A stretch of DNA of 64,000 bases from the NCBI GenBank assembly GCA_965198115.1, contig OZ240241.1:5632001-5696000 (forward strand). The letters are read 5' to 3'. Below are positions 21,514 to 32,764 of this stretch, one piece after another. Position 1 is the stretch's first letter. Each line of letters opens with the position of its first letter. Position numbers and translations under genes: made by a program. The DNA comes from Candidatus Latescibacterota bacterium (lineage in GTDB: Bacteria; Latescibacterota; UBA2968). Under the pieces are notes generated by a model, which was not told where the DNA came from, made no database searches, and saw only the letters and a list, made by a program, of their open reading frames with translations.

Positions 21514-21706
21514 GGATCTGGTCTTGGTTGATGCCGAGGTTGAAGTCGAAGTCGAAGCCCTCGATCGTCTTTTCACCGCGGAAGCCAGCCCGTCGCAGCC
21601 GCCTGGTGAACTTCTTGTTCTCGCGTCGTGCGACCTCATCCTGGATGAGGAGCGCCAGGAACTCTGAGTAGGCGAGTTTTTTCTTGATCGCCTCCTGGTT
21701 TCTGTT
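21514..21706 (-). mobile_element. istB: Second IS21 istB fragment
   Basis: 21514-21654 is the reverse complement of 16179-16319; upstream it encodes NRNQEAIKKKLAYSEFLALL. Confidence 0.8.
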
Positions 21707-21741
21707 GGAGGGCGCCTCCCCTCGCTCGCGCGGGGAGGCGC

Positions 21742-21948
21742 CTAAATATGCGCGATTGTCTCCTCCAGGTCGGCGTATTCGGTGAGTCCCTTTCCTGCGC
21801 GAGCCTGCCGTAGCGCGGCGAGGGTCTCGGCATTGGGCACCTTTACCGCGAACGGTAACCCGTGATGCAGGGTGACCTGTCGATAAAACAGCGTGATCGC
21901 CTCGGTGGGCGATAGCCCGAGCCCCGCGAAAACCTCTTCGGCTTGGCA
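21742..21948 (-). pseudogene. RelB/DinJ-family antitoxin, 5'-truncated
   Basis: AEEVFAGLGLSPTEAITLFYRQVTLHHGLPFAVKVPNAETLAAL; no toxin next to it. Confidence 0.75.
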
Positions 21949-22008
21949 CTCCGGTTCGTCACCAATCAAATCGATACTGCAACACGGTTTCGCAACGTCT
22001 AAACCCTT

Positions 22009-22034
22009 GAAAGCCCGTCGGTCAACGGGCTTTC
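22009..22034 (-). terminator. Intrinsic terminator after amtB
   Basis: GAAAGCCCGT-CGGTCA-ACGGGCTTTC hairpin at the stop codon. Confidence 0.55.
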
Positions 22035-23308
22035 TATTCCCGCTCTGGCATGAGCAGGAACTCGGGGTAGGCGTCGATGCCCAGCTCTGCCACGTCTTGT
22101 CCCATCTCCTCGACCCTGGGGGACACGCGCACACCCATCGTCTTCTCCAGGGCCAGCCACGTCAGCCACGAGGTCGCGAACGCGAACGCGCCGACCGAGA
22201 CCATGCCGAGAAACTGCACGCCAATATCAGCGCCGGCCGCGATGGCCGTGGCCAGCGTACCCCAGGCGCCCGCGAACAGGTGCGCGGGCACCGCCCCGAC
22301 GACGTCGTCGATCTTCAGCCGCTCCAGCAGCTTGAGCCCCGCGGTGCAGAGGACGGCGCCGACGGCGCCAATCACGATAGCCCAGTAGTGGCTAGTGATG
22401 TCGGGTCCGGCGGTGATCGAGACCAGCCCGGCGATGGCGCCGTTCAGGCCGGCGAGCAGGTCGATCCGCCCGAGGATCGGCCGCGAGACCGCGATGGCCG
22501 CGATAACGCCGGCCGCCCCGGCCAGGTTGGTGTTGACCAGCACGTGGCTCATCGCCAGCACGTCGGCGGCGCTCCCGAGGGCGAGCTGCGACCCGCCGTT
22601 GAAGCCGAACCAGCCTAACCAGAGGATGAACACCCCCAGCGTCACCATCGGCACGTTAGACGGCGGCGTGCTCGTGACGCTGCCGTCGTCGCGGAACTTG
22701 TTGTGCCGGGGGCCGACGATGAACGCTCCGGCCAGCGCGGCCGCGCCGCCGGTGGCGTGCACGATAGTCGAGCCGGCGAAGTCCTGGAAGCCCATCTGGT
22801 TCAGCCAGCCGCCGCCCCACGTCCAGGCACCGACGATCGGGTAGATGAACGCGGTCAGCACCAGGGTGAAGACGAAGAACGACCAGAGCTTGACCCGTTC
22901 GGCCAGCGCCCCGGAAACGATGGACCCGGCAGTCGCCACGAAGACCATCTGGAAGAACCAGTCGGACATGACGGCGTAGTCGGTGGCGATCACCGCCTCA
23001 CGCGCCCCCTCGGCGCCAGCCAGCAGCGCCAGCTCGTCGGCCGACGGGGTGCGCAGCAGGGTGAACGAGCCGAGGACGCTGCCCACGTCGACGTACATCA
23101 GGTTGTAGCCGATCACGTAGTAGGCGATTCCCGCGATGGCGTACAGGCCGATGTTCTTCAGGCAGATGACCGAGACGTTCTTGGTGCGCACCGAGCCGGC
23201 CTCCAGCATGGTGAAGCCGGCCGCCATCCACATCACCAGCGCGCCGCACAGCAGGAACGAAAACGTGTTGAAGATGAACCGCAACTCGCCACTCGACAAC
23301 TCGCTCAT
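22034..23308 (-). CDS. amtB: Ammonium transporter
   Basis: GFTMLEAG, FFQMVF, DFAGSTIVH, WLGWFGFNGGS, IDDVVGAVPAH; about 11 TM helices; GGAGG RBS. Confidence 0.95.
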   Translation of the reverse strand: MSELSSGELRFIFNTFSFLLCGALVMWMAAGFTMLEAGSVRTKNVSVICLKNIGLYAIAGIAYYVIGYNLMYVDVGSVLGSFTLLRTPSADELALLAGAEGAREAVIATDYAVMSDWFFQMVFVATAGSIVSGALAERVKLWSFFVFTLVLTAFIYPIVGAWTWGGGWLNQMGFQDFAGSTIVHATGGAAALAGAFIVGPRHNKFRDDGSVTSTPPSNVPMVTLGVFILWLGWFGFNGGSQLALGSAADVLAMSHVLVNTNLAGAAGVIAAIAVSRPILGRIDLLAGLNGAIAGLVSITAGPDITSHYWAIVIGAVGAVLCTAGLKLLERLKIDDVVGAVPAHLFAGAWGTLATAIAAGADIGVQFLGMVSVGAFAFATSWLTWLALEKTMGVRVSPRVEEMGQDVAELGIDAYPEFLLMPERE

Positions 23309-23886
23309 GTGTCACCTCCGCGATCGCCGGCCGCGCGCCGGCACCATGGGTTCGGCGAACGACACGGGACGCGTGGTTCGCCCAGGCAGCACTATAGCGT
23401 GCGCACGCAGCTGTCGAGTCCCGGGCGGTCGTCGCGTTACGCTGGACGCGAAAGTCGTGGTAGACGTTGCCGGCATCGACGCCCTCGACCTGCAACGCGT
23501 CACGCTGCAAGTCCAGCGACTGTGAGCCGTCCGCCTTCGAGACGCGGGCGTCGCCGTGTGTCGTATCCCGTGTCTAATTCTCTGTCTTGCAGACGTCTGG
23601 CGCGTGGGCCAGTGCCATCAAGCGCCGCAGAAGGTCGCCGCCGAGTTGTTCCGGAACTTATGCAAGACGGGCTGGGAAGGACTGGTCTCCAGGAGATCGA
23701 AGAACGTCAGCCGCGTGATATCGCGCCAGTCGGCCGAGTTGTAGGACGCAGTTAAGGCGTTCTGGTCAATTGGCATAATGACTTAGCCGAACGAAGACTC
23801 ATCGTTCTTTACGCTCGCCTTTAATTTCGGGACGGTTAATCGAGGCAGACACGGACAGTGGCTCCAGAGTGCCATCGCCGGTGGCA

Positions 23887-24702
23887 TCACGTCTTCAACC
23901 GCTTCACCGCTCCGTGGAGTTCGTCTTGAGCCTTCAGCACGTTCGCAATGTTCTCCAGCAAGGCGGTTAGAACTACCCGGATGTCTGCCGCTTGCTGAAG
24001 GCACTCCTCATCCGTCAGTTCATGTAGCTGCCTACTGAGTGGCTGATACAGCAACGTTAGCGGGTTTTCGCCATCCAGGATCAGCAACTTTTCCGGGATT
24101 GCGTCCTTCAGCATCCGCACAGCTCTCGAGAACTGTGTTTCCTTGAGGGCAGCGTCGTACAGCTCTAGATCCTTTGCGCCCAATTGCGCGGCAGCTTGAC
24201 GGATTTCTGTCACGAGCCGCTGCCATTGCTCCTCTACAATGCGTCGGAAATATGTGGCGGCACCAATGCCAAGGCCCTGAGCCTCCGCGCGGGATCCTTT
24301 TCGGTAGAGCTCCAGGTCCGATTCAGAAAGCAGCTTCTGAATCTTTGAGGAGATGGGCGCTGAAAACGGCGGATACTCTCCTAGTTTCATCGCCTCGACG
24401 TCAGCGCCATTCCTACCGACCAAGACTGCGAACGTCTTCAAGGTGGTCTGACAGTCGCGACATTGATACTTGATGAACGTGTAGTTCAAAGTGGATGAGA
24501 CATCGACGTCCCCGGACGTGGGGTCGAATCTTCTAGACCCGTCGTCGTGCTCGCAGTGCAGTTGGAGTTGTGGGGGATCGAATTGCCACCAACCTTGTAA
24601 ACGCTGAGACGCCTCAGCCAATCCCTGAATCCTCACTGCAGTATTCGGGGGCGTGGTCTCCAAGAACAACTTCCATGCAGCGAGGGCTTCCGAGGTGCTC
24701 AT
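23887..24702 (-). CDS. Hypothetical protein (Zn-ribbon + HEPN/DUF4145-like helical domain)
   Basis: CEHD...CRDC, GLGIGAATYFRRIVE, LSRQLHELTDEECL; intact 271-aa ORF. Confidence 0.6.
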   Translation of the reverse strand: MSTSEALAAWKLFLETTPPNTAVRIQGLAEASQRLQGWWQFDPPQLQLHCEHDDGSRRFDPTSGDVDVSSTLNYTFIKYQCRDCQTTLKTFAVLVGRNGADVEAMKLGEYPPFSAPISSKIQKLLSESDLELYRKGSRAEAQGLGIGAATYFRRIVEEQWQRLVTEIRQAAAQLGAKDLELYDAALKETQFSRAVRMLKDAIPEKLLILDGENPLTLLYQPLSRQLHELTDEECLQQAADIRVVLTALLENIANVLKAQDELHGAVKRLKT

Positions 24703-24779
24703 CTGCTCTCCGCGCGGCCAGATTCTCCATCAATCACCGTACCGTCCAGGTCGGCGCTTGTCCCCAAACAGATATTGAT

Positions 24780-25000
24780 CGGTGACTGGAGCACGAGGAA
24801 AAAGGGGGGGCGGGCCGTGTGGACGGGCCGAAAGGGGAGAAGTTCTTCAACGAAATCATCCAGCACCCGGTGCCGCTCGACATTGAACACCCTCACGGCC
24901 CTCAAAGATTCTCTGGGACTCGACCTGTACCTATGGCTCACCTACCGCGCTCCGCTGCGGCTCTCCTGGCGTCAGTTTGGCTTGTACCCGGACAAAGCCG
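24780..25000 (+). pseudogene. repA: Plasmid RepA C-terminal fragment (frameshifted)
   Basis: GEKFFNEIIQHPVPLD / NTLTALKDSLGLDLYLWLTYR...LRLSWRQ. Confidence 0.6.
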
Positions 25001-25289
25001 GCCATACTTCATCTTTCCTCAGGCAATCGACCCGGATTACTTAGCCAACGCCACGCAGAAGAAACCAATCTTGAACGGAAACTTTGGTGACGCTCCCTGA
25101 GATCAAGACCAGCCGCCGCATCCTCCCAGTTTCAATATAGTCATGCATCCCCAGGCTTTCATACGGCCCTTTTAAGCTCTTCTCGCCCCGAAAGGGCACC
25201 CACACTACTTTCAACCTCAAAGCCTCTTTAAAAGGCCTTGGAACAGAAACAGATTGCGGAGGCGCTTGTCACGCGCGAACCGGAACGCT

Positions 25290-25504
25290 CGAATGCCCTG
25301 CAGACCAGGCAATTCTGCTGCACAACAGGACGCTGCACACCTCCGCTGTCAACCCGACCGACAAGCCCCGCCGCGCCATCAGCGTCAGCTACCTGGACGG
25401 CCGGACGAGAAGGCAATCAGGGGAAGGCGTTTTCGCTGATTTTCGGCCAGGGGGCACTGCAACCGGAAATGGTGGGCGAAGAAGCATCCGGCACCCCGCA
25501 GTAG
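25290..25504 (+). pseudogene. PhyH-family dioxygenase C-terminal fragment
   Basis: LHNRTLHTSAVNPTDKPRRAISVSYLDGRT in a frame not given in the track. Confidence 0.55.
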
Positions 25505-25542
25505 TCATCCCATTTTGCATTTTAACTTCTGCATTTTGCATT

Positions 25543-26136
25543 TCAGAGGGCATCTGCTGCCCACTCGTGATCGGGCGGGATGGTCCACGTTTCCGAGAGT
25601 GCCAGACAGCAGCTGGTACCCTCTTTGCCGAACAGATCCCGGGGCAGAACCTGTCCGGGAACCGTTTCGCCGTTGATCGTCATTTGGGCACGCCTTGCCG
25701 GGATCAACAGGCTGTAGACGCCGTGCGGCTGGTCCGGATTCTCGCCTGGCTGGTTGGCGACCTGGACCGGCTCCATGAAGTCGTACCAGGATAGGGCAAT
25801 GTGCTCATCCCTCGACACGATGTATTCCACCCAGGAAGTCAGCGTGTCGCCCTTCTTGGTGAATCTGGCCTCGATGATGGGAACGTCACCCGAGTAGGTG
25901 TCCCGCATCGAAGCCTGGATACCTTCCTGGAGCCAGCGCGCAAGGGCGAAGTTGTCGGAATAGATCCGAGGTTCGGTGTTGGACAAAACGCTCTTTGCGA
26001 AGAGGACGTGGCCGGTTCCCCTGGAGGATGCCATGATCCGCCAGTGGCTGTTCTCGGCCGTCGGATCGGCGGACTCTCCGATACGCAGAAATGAATTCTC
26101 GCCAGTTAGACGGATCTTGTTAGGGTCTGCTCCCAT
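25543..26136 (-). CDS. Conserved hypothetical protein
   Basis: Intact 197-aa ORF with strong AGGAGGAGG RBS. Confidence 0.7.
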   Translation of the reverse strand: MGADPNKIRLTGENSFLRIGESADPTAENSHWRIMASSRGTGHVLFAKSVLSNTEPRIYSDNFALARWLQEGIQASMRDTYSGDVPIIEARFTKKGDTLTSWVEYIVSRDEHIALSWYDFMEPVQVANQPGENPDQPHGVYSLLIPARRAQMTINGETVPGQVLPRDLFGKEGTSCCLALSETWTIPPDHEWAADAL

Positions 26137-26269
26137 TTTTCCTCCTCCTGGTCTGTCTCTTGAGCTACCAGAGTAATGTCCTTCCTTTGTCAGCGAAAGA
26201 ACCTCGAGATTCTTTCGCGCAACGTGTTACGGTGCCGTCCGAGCACAATCAAATATATCCGGAAGATGT

Positions 26270-27643
26270 GAGTTCAGGTCAATAGGTGTGTAAAAGAAAT
26301 CAGGCGGCCATCTTCCCGGCTTCGACCTGCGGTTCGGTTGAGTGTTTCTGATCGTAGACTTGTTGTAGCAAGTGTGGCGCGGTGAGTTTCCTGAATCGGC
26401 TCTCTGCGACCTTGAGCGTACGCCAGATGAGAGTCGTGGCGTTCCTGACTTTCTTGAATCGCCTGGCGGCGTTTGTGCGAAGCCGAACGGAAGCAAAGGG
26501 GCTCTCGACGACGTTCGTGGTTCTCAGGTGTTTCCAGTGTTCCTTCGGGAAGTCGTAGAACGTGACCATCCGATCCCAGTTTCTTTCGAGCGTCTCCACG
26601 GCGGCAGGGAACTGTGAGCGATACCGTGCGGCAAAGCGTTTCCGGAGCTTCTCGGCCTCCTTTTTCGTGCCGGCATAGGGGATCTGGACGAGCAGTGCGC
26701 GGGCTTCAGCCTGTGCACGCTTGGCGACCTTGTCGAGCACGTTGAGGATCTTGTGGTTCCAGCACCGTTGTTGCCGGCTCTCTGGCCAGACCTGATCAAC
26801 GGCCGCCCAGATGCCCATATTCCCGTCCGCTGCGATCAGGACAGGATGTTCGAGCCCGCGATCCCGGAGATCCCGGAGCACCGTGAGCCAGGATTCTGTA
26901 GACTCTCGATAACCGGGTTCTATCGCCAGGATCTCCTTGCTGCCGTCGCTCATCGCGCCGATCACGACCAGCAGACACGCCTTCTCGCGCTCGAGCCCGG
27001 CTTTGACGTAGATGCCATCAGCCCAGGCGTAGACCAGTTCGCGATTATCCAGACGCCTTTCTTTCCAGTCCTGGAAGTCGACCTCCCACTTCCCTCGAAG
27101 ACGAGCGATCGAGGTCGGCGAAAGCGGCGCGCCATCACCGAGCAGCGCACGCAAAGACAACTCGAAGTCGCCCTGGGAGAGACCGTGGAGATAAAGGTCG
27201 GGAAGCAGATCTCCAATGGCCCTGGTTCTCCGGGCGAACAGGGGGAGGATGCGGCTTTCAAACCGCTCTTCCAGACCACGAACCCGGGGACGCCGGACCT
27301 TGATCGTTCCGCAGCTCGTCGAGAGACGCCGGGGCTTGCCGTAGCCGTTCCTGTAGCCCCTGGAGCTATCGACCTCGGCTCGGCGCTCATACCACGACCG
27401 GCCCAAGAACGCGGTCGCCTCCTCCTCCAGAATGGACTGGAACCGGCCCTGGATCTCTTCACGGATCCAATCGTCAACCGTCTCCCACGTCGGCATGGAC
27501 TTCAATGGGGCTCTATGCGTATGTTCCTTCACGGCGATCCTCCTTCCCAACCGGGCCTCTCACCCGGTTTTGTGTGAATCAACTATCTCACGGGAAGGGT
27601 AGGGTCGCCCTTTCTCTTTTTCCACACCTTTTGATTATAGCTC
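26270..27643 (-). mobile_element. IS256-family insertion sequence (transposase 26300-27550)
   Basis: YRNGY, WADG, ADG, QRCWNH, LRTTNVVES; imperfect IRs GAGTTCAGGTCAATAGGTGTGTAAAA / GAGCTATAATCAAAAGGTGTGGAAAA; inserted at the 3' end of a PhyH gene. Confidence 0.9.
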
Positions 27644-28504
27644 TCCGATGTCAGTATATGCGACATGTCGCTGAGACGATCGAGCACGTGATCGGGGTAC
27701 ATCGACATGCGCTGGTGTGGCAGGTTGTCGCGGTTGATGGAGGGCATATAGCAGAAAAGACGGACCGGCGAACCGTGTTGTTGGTCACGGCATAGGCACC
27801 GTGTGTCATGCCCTCGCTGAAAATGATGACATCCCCGGGCTCCGCAAGTACCGGCACAGCCATTGGATTCTTCGCGGGATCTGTCTTGTCGAAGGGACAG
27901 GCGAAATTCGCCTTGTGGCTGCCCGGTACAGCTCCGAATGGCCCGTTTTCGACTTCTGACATATCTGAAAGGATGACAACGCTTTTTGTGCTGGAGCAAT
28001 TGAAGCGTTGATTCGCCTGATCGTAAGCGTAGTAGATGTGTCTGTCGGAGGGTGAGCCGCCGTTGTGGAGGCCTCCGGGGGGAGCAGGCCCGATCTTCTC
28101 GATGTAGTAGGTGGCGGAGATGAATAGGGTGCTCCAGGCGAGGGCTGAGTGAATGTCCTCGAGGATGGGATCGCGCACAATGACGTCGAATTTATCCGTG
28201 CCGCAGATCGCGTGTTCAACTTTCCAGACGCCTCCCGTCTCCCGGCTGGCTTCCGGGTGTTTGCCGTTCCAGAAATCGTGTGCCGGATCTTCCATCGCTG
28301 ATGCCAGGAGTAGCTGGCGACGCCTATCTTCCTGTAGATATCGTAGTCGACGGGAATGGCCTGCAGTTCGTTGATGCCTTCGTGCAGTTGGGCCACGGTG
28401 TCTGCATCGTAGTGCTTCCTCAGGACGATATAGCCGTTGACGTCGAACTCGTACTGCTGTTCAGGGGACAGCTTATGCGTTGGATCAGGAATGATAGGCG
28501 GCAT
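27644..28504 (-). pseudogene. PhyH-family (phytanoyl-CoA dioxygenase-like) gene, two frameshifts and IS256-interrupted
   Basis: YEFDVNGYIVL, GLHNGG, VPGSHKANF, GDVIIFSEGMTHG, RRS spread over three frames. Confidence 0.8.
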
Positions 28505-29086
28505 GCTTTACATCTTTCAGAGAGGGAGGGCCGGTAACGGTGGCGTCAAAGCTCATCGCGCGATTCTCGATGATCGGACGGTGGCAAGATAGCTCGCCTC
28601 ATGGTACGCAACAATGGCGTTGTGAACACGCTGCCGAACGCCCAACAAAGATCCCGTCAATCTCGAGTCGATGGGATTTTCCAGATCCCGCCTAATCCCC
28701 TCTGGCAGTCACGCCTGCCCCCGCCCGGCCTGTCCGGAGCCTGCCTCGCCGAGCGCCTCTACGATCAGGACCTGGGCGACTTTCAGGCCGGAGGCGGAAG
28801 GACGGATACAAGCTGATGCCCGCCGTCGTTCAGGGCGGCGTTCGGCGAAGACGATCTCTTGCGACCCTCAGGAGATGCGCGTGCAGCTGAAGAACCGTCT
28901 GGCGCGCGGGCTCCGTTCACCGACGGCGAGGGCTGCTGTCGGATGCGAAGGACGTGTTTGCGCCGGCGAACCTACCATGGCCGAGCGTCGTCGGGAGTGG
29001 CAATCGACGCGGATTGCAATCTTGTCTGAGGCTGGCCGGGACCAGATGTGCCGGATCGGGGAATCCTCCTCGCTGGGGCGCTGGAC

Positions 29087-29189
29087 TCTGGTCAAGCGCA
29101 CTCTGCGCAGGCACGGCTACCCGCCGGACAAGCAGGAGAAAGCGACCCGCACGGTGCTCGAACAGGCCGAGGTGTTGTCCGCCGACTAG
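29087..29189 (+). pseudogene. hsdR: Type I restriction HsdR extreme C-terminal fragment
   Basis: [31 protein letters not shown]. Confidence 0.7.
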
Positions 29190-29305
29190 GCGACGTGACT
29201 TCCTCATGTTCCAGTCGTCGATATTGCCTAGATAGCCAAATATATGATTCCCGAAAAATCATACGTTAAGGAGTTTGGGGACGTAGGAAGGCGTCGGGTT
29301 GAGGT

Positions 29306-29343
29306 AGGGTCACCTCACGAAACGGGAAAAATCGTACGCTAAG
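29306..29343 (+). repeat. Tn3-family (Tn21/Tn501-like) 38-bp terminal inverted repeat
   Basis: AGGGTCACCTCACGAAACGGGAAAAATCGTACGCTAAG; a second partial copy, GAAAAATCATACGTTAAG, lies at 29253-29270. Confidence 0.8.
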
Positions 29344-29349
29344 GCCCAT

Positions 29350-29955
29350 TCACTCTCGCGCTCTTCTTGTTTGGTAGTCTCGTAGCGCCTTCTCATAACC
29401 TTCACGACTGATTTTGTCGGCCCGTGTCGTGTCTTCCAACGCCTTGGCCGTCATCTCGTCTGCGGTCCCGCCGGGGTTCAGGGCCGAGTCCAGCCGAAGC
29501 TCGATCCGTCCACGCATTATCATTGGTAAGAAGCCGGTGCGTACCAGAACCGCCCCTTCAAGACGCAGGTGGCCCTCCCGTACCCCGACCATAATCCGTT
29601 GGAGCGCGTACTCCCGGCCGTCAATTTGGATAAAGTGATTGGGACCCGGTGCCGAGTGGAGCGCGTCGAGTCGCACGCCCGTGGATACATCCCGCGGCAC
29701 CGCAAAGTAGTGACTGGCAGTCCCTTCGACGCGGCGGTCCCTGCCGGTGACGAAGACCTGAATGATCGACTCCCCGGACCTCGTCGTCGCGGGACCGGCT
29801 CCCGGGTTCACCCGCGCTATCGCGTACAACGTACGGTCACCCGGCCCTGCCGACGGATATACGCCGGCGATGTCGCCGGGCCGCGGCTCTGCCTGGACGG
29901 CGTTCGTCAATAGCCATCCCACCATCAATGCAGTAAAGGCGCGGCTGCCGATCAT
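29350..29955 (-). CDS. Secreted hypothetical protein
   Basis: MIGSRAFTALMVGWLLTNAVQA signal peptide; AAGGAG RBS. Confidence 0.55.
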   Translation of the reverse strand: MIGSRAFTALMVGWLLTNAVQAEPRPGDIAGVYPSAGPGDRTLYAIARVNPGAGPATTRSGESIIQVFVTGRDRRVEGTASHYFAVPRDVSTGVRLDALHSAPGPNHFIQIDGREYALQRIMVGVREGHLRLEGAVLVRTGFLPMIMRGRIELRLDSALNPGGTADEMTAKALEDTTRADKISREGYEKALRDYQTRRARE

Positions 29956-30097
29956 TGCGATCGTCTCCTTCTTCAACGTCTCCAGCCTCCCTGGATGGGC
30001 GTCCTTCTCGAACCTGGACACAACTCAACTTGGCGTTCCGGGTTCTGGTCGAAGCTGCTCACCCATGGCCTCAGGGATTGTGTTACCAAGCAAAGAT

Positions 30098-31886
30098 TGT
30101 TGCCTCAAAGGAATTGTTACCCAAATTGGAGGCAAGCGATGGGCAGAAGAATCAGTACGAACACCAGACAGGAGCTCGTTGAGGCTCTGGGGCGTCGATA
30201 CCTCGAGTCATCGAAGAGGGAGAAAACACCGAATCCTCGACGAGTTTGTAGCCGTGAGTGGCTATCACCGCAAACACGCGACTCGGCTTCTATGCTGTCG
30301 CTCGGTTAATGGGCGCCCACAGCTGAAGCACACCAACGGCCGGCGAGTCTACGACGAAGCGGTGAAAGAAGCCCTGATCCTAACGTGGGAGGCGTCGGAT
30401 CGAATCTGTGGCAAGCGGCTGAAAGCAATATTGCCAGATCTCATCGATGCAATGGAGCGTCACGGCCATTTGGATCTTGATCCCGACGTGCGGTCGAGAC
30501 TGCAAACCGTCAGTGCAGCTACCATTGATCGGTTGCTCGCACCGATTCGGGGCAAGGCACAAGGCCGGAGAAAACGTCGCCAGACTTCGAAAGTCAGCAA
30601 CAAGGTTCCCGTTCGAACATTCGCCGACTGGAATCAGCCGGATCCTGGTTGGTTGGAAATTGACTTCGTTGCACATTGCGGCGGATCCATGGCCGGATCC
30701 GTCATCCATACGCTAGTCGTGACAGACATCTGCTCTGGATGGACAGAGTGCCTGCCACTGCTGGCACGGGAGCAGTCCCTCGTTGTCGAGGGGCTGCAGG
30801 CTCTTTTTCGGCAAGTTCCGTTCCCAGTCAAAGGTATCGACTCCGATAACGACAGTGCCTTTATCAACGACACGCTACTGGCGTTCTGCAAATCGCATCG
30901 CATTGAGTTCACGCGCTCCCGGCCCTATCGCAAGAATGACCAGGCATGGGTGGAACAGAAGAATGGTGCGGTCGTCCGACGCATCGCAGGCCACGGTAGA
31001 TTCTCAGGTGTAGTTGCTGCTCAAGCACTTGGCCATTTGTACCAGGCTGCCCGTCTTCACGTGAATTTCTTTCAGCCATCGTCTAAACTGCTCAGTAAGA
31101 CGCATCAAGGTGCCAAAGTAAAGAGGACTTACGATCGCCCGAGAACGCCATGCGAGCGCCTTGTAAATCACCCCGCGGTCCAGAATGACACCAAGGAGAT
31201 CCTCCGAGAGCTGCGTCTGCAGCTTGACCCTGTGGCGATTCTGCATCGGCTGCGTGATGCCCAAGCTGCGCTGGCAGCCCTGGTCTCGACCGATAGCATC
31301 GTCGAAGGACCCGGTCGAAAGACACTCGATCAGTTTCTTACGCAGCTTCCACAACTGTGGCGATCTGGCGAAGTTCGCCCGACTCACCGTGCCCATCCGA
31401 CTGAACCACGGCATTGGCGAACCAGAGAGGATCCGTTCGAGAACGTCTGGTTGGAAGTCCTAGCTTGGTTACAGGACGAGCCTGACGCCACAGCAAAAAC
31501 ACTGTTCCAGCGTCTTCAGCAGCAGCACCCCGGGCGTTTTCCAGACGGACAACTAAGGACAATGCAGCGTCGCATTCGTGAATGGCGGCAGATCATGGCA
31601 AGGGAGCTTGTCTACGCTTGCATCGACGATAAGGGAGAGACCAACGAGACCGGGCCAGTTCAACGCCCCGAACCGAAAAGCACCGAGTTAAGGCCGCTCA
31701 GAGCGCACAGTTGCTAGCCCCGTCGTCCTGACACACGACCAGCGCATCCAAAGAAGCTCTCGTTGCCTCGGTGGCTCTCCTCTCTCTGTTGGCTCACGGA
31801 AGACTCCCCACCAGGACCAACACATCGAGGACCAACGATCTTGGGTATGGGGGCTCGCTATGGTAACATTTGTTCGTGAGGCAATG
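30098..31886 (+). mobile_element. ISNCY-type element with rve-domain transposase (30139-31717, frameshift near 30228)
   Basis: MGRRISTNTRQELV-[shift]-RILDEFVAVSGYHRKHA; DFVAHCG, DSDNDSAF, NDQAWVEQKN; IRs TTGCCTCA..TGTTACC / GGTAACA..TGAGGCAA. Confidence 0.82.
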
Positions 31887-32159
31887 AGGGTGGGAGTTCT
31901 AATTGTCGCTAATCAGAGCTCGCTCAGCCAGCGATCGCACCGCGGCCCAGTGTTTCTCCGTCTACGCAATTTCACGCCCTCACAGCCCCACAGAGGCGCG
32001 TTGGCGGCTTGCCGGACCCCCAACAACCCACCCAAACCGATTCGAGCGGGTGCGGGCGCAGGCGCAGGGCATGCAGGAGAGCGCCGAGATCGGGGACCTC
32101 GAACCCGTGCCCCACGTCATCGGCCAACAACTTGACGCCGGATCAGGACCTTGGGGACC

Positions 32160-32622
32160 GTGAAAGAAGCTGCTCCCCCACGTCATCTTAAAGCTGCCGT
32201 TTTTGGGAACGGGTGCCCTCTACCCGATCGAATTTGCCCCCGGCGACATTCTCATCGAGGTCGGCTGCTACAAGAGCCTGGCTTGGTTTGGAAAAACCCG
32301 AGCAGCAGCGGCAAAGATAAAACGATCGGCCCGAAAGGTCGCCGAGCGATGGTGCAGGCAGAACCACATCCCCCGGTCGTCGATCGCCACCGATGTGTGG
32401 CGAGCCGAAGGGAGAGATAACCAGGTTCGCTACATTCACACCATCACCTGTTACCGTCCGGTGAAACTGATGGTCCCTGATTTTCTCGACCCGTTCTGGG
32501 CTGATGTCAAGGCCCAGTACCTGAAAGAACGCTACGGCTTCGCAGGAACCGGGGTTGACTCGACCTTAGAAATTTTCTATATTGCCAATGAACGAGAGAG
32601 ACCATCTAAAGGATCTCGATGA
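32160..32622 (+). CDS. Hypothetical protein of integrated element (probable frameshift near 32205)
   Basis: GTG at 32160 overlaps the upstream stop; the main frame 32203-32622 overlaps the next small ORF. Confidence 0.4.
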
Positions 32623-32764
32623 GCGCACGCTGCGCGGGCGAATCAAGAATTGGCACCAGGAGAATTGTGGACGCCAACAACTGATTGAGGTCTACGAGAA
32701 GGAACTGTTAGCACGCGGGCTCTCGAGCGAGACCGCCCGTGCTGTCCCCAACATAGAGTCCTGA
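32588..32764 (+). CDS. Small hypothetical protein
   Basis: MNERDHLKDLDERTLRGRIKNWHQ...; tightly packed, phage-like arrangement. Confidence 0.45.
   Translation: MNERDHLKDLDERTLRGRIKNWHQENCGRQQLIEVYEKELLARGLSSETARAVPNIES

Noticed and set aside
23770-23890. Additional attC-like site after ORF 23887-24702
   Set aside because: GCCGAAC is present, but there is no convincing inner palindrome or family similarity.
29762-30138. N-terminal part of the 651-aa ORF
   Set aside because: It lies outside the IS end and antisense to another gene; the true start is 30139 with a frameshift.
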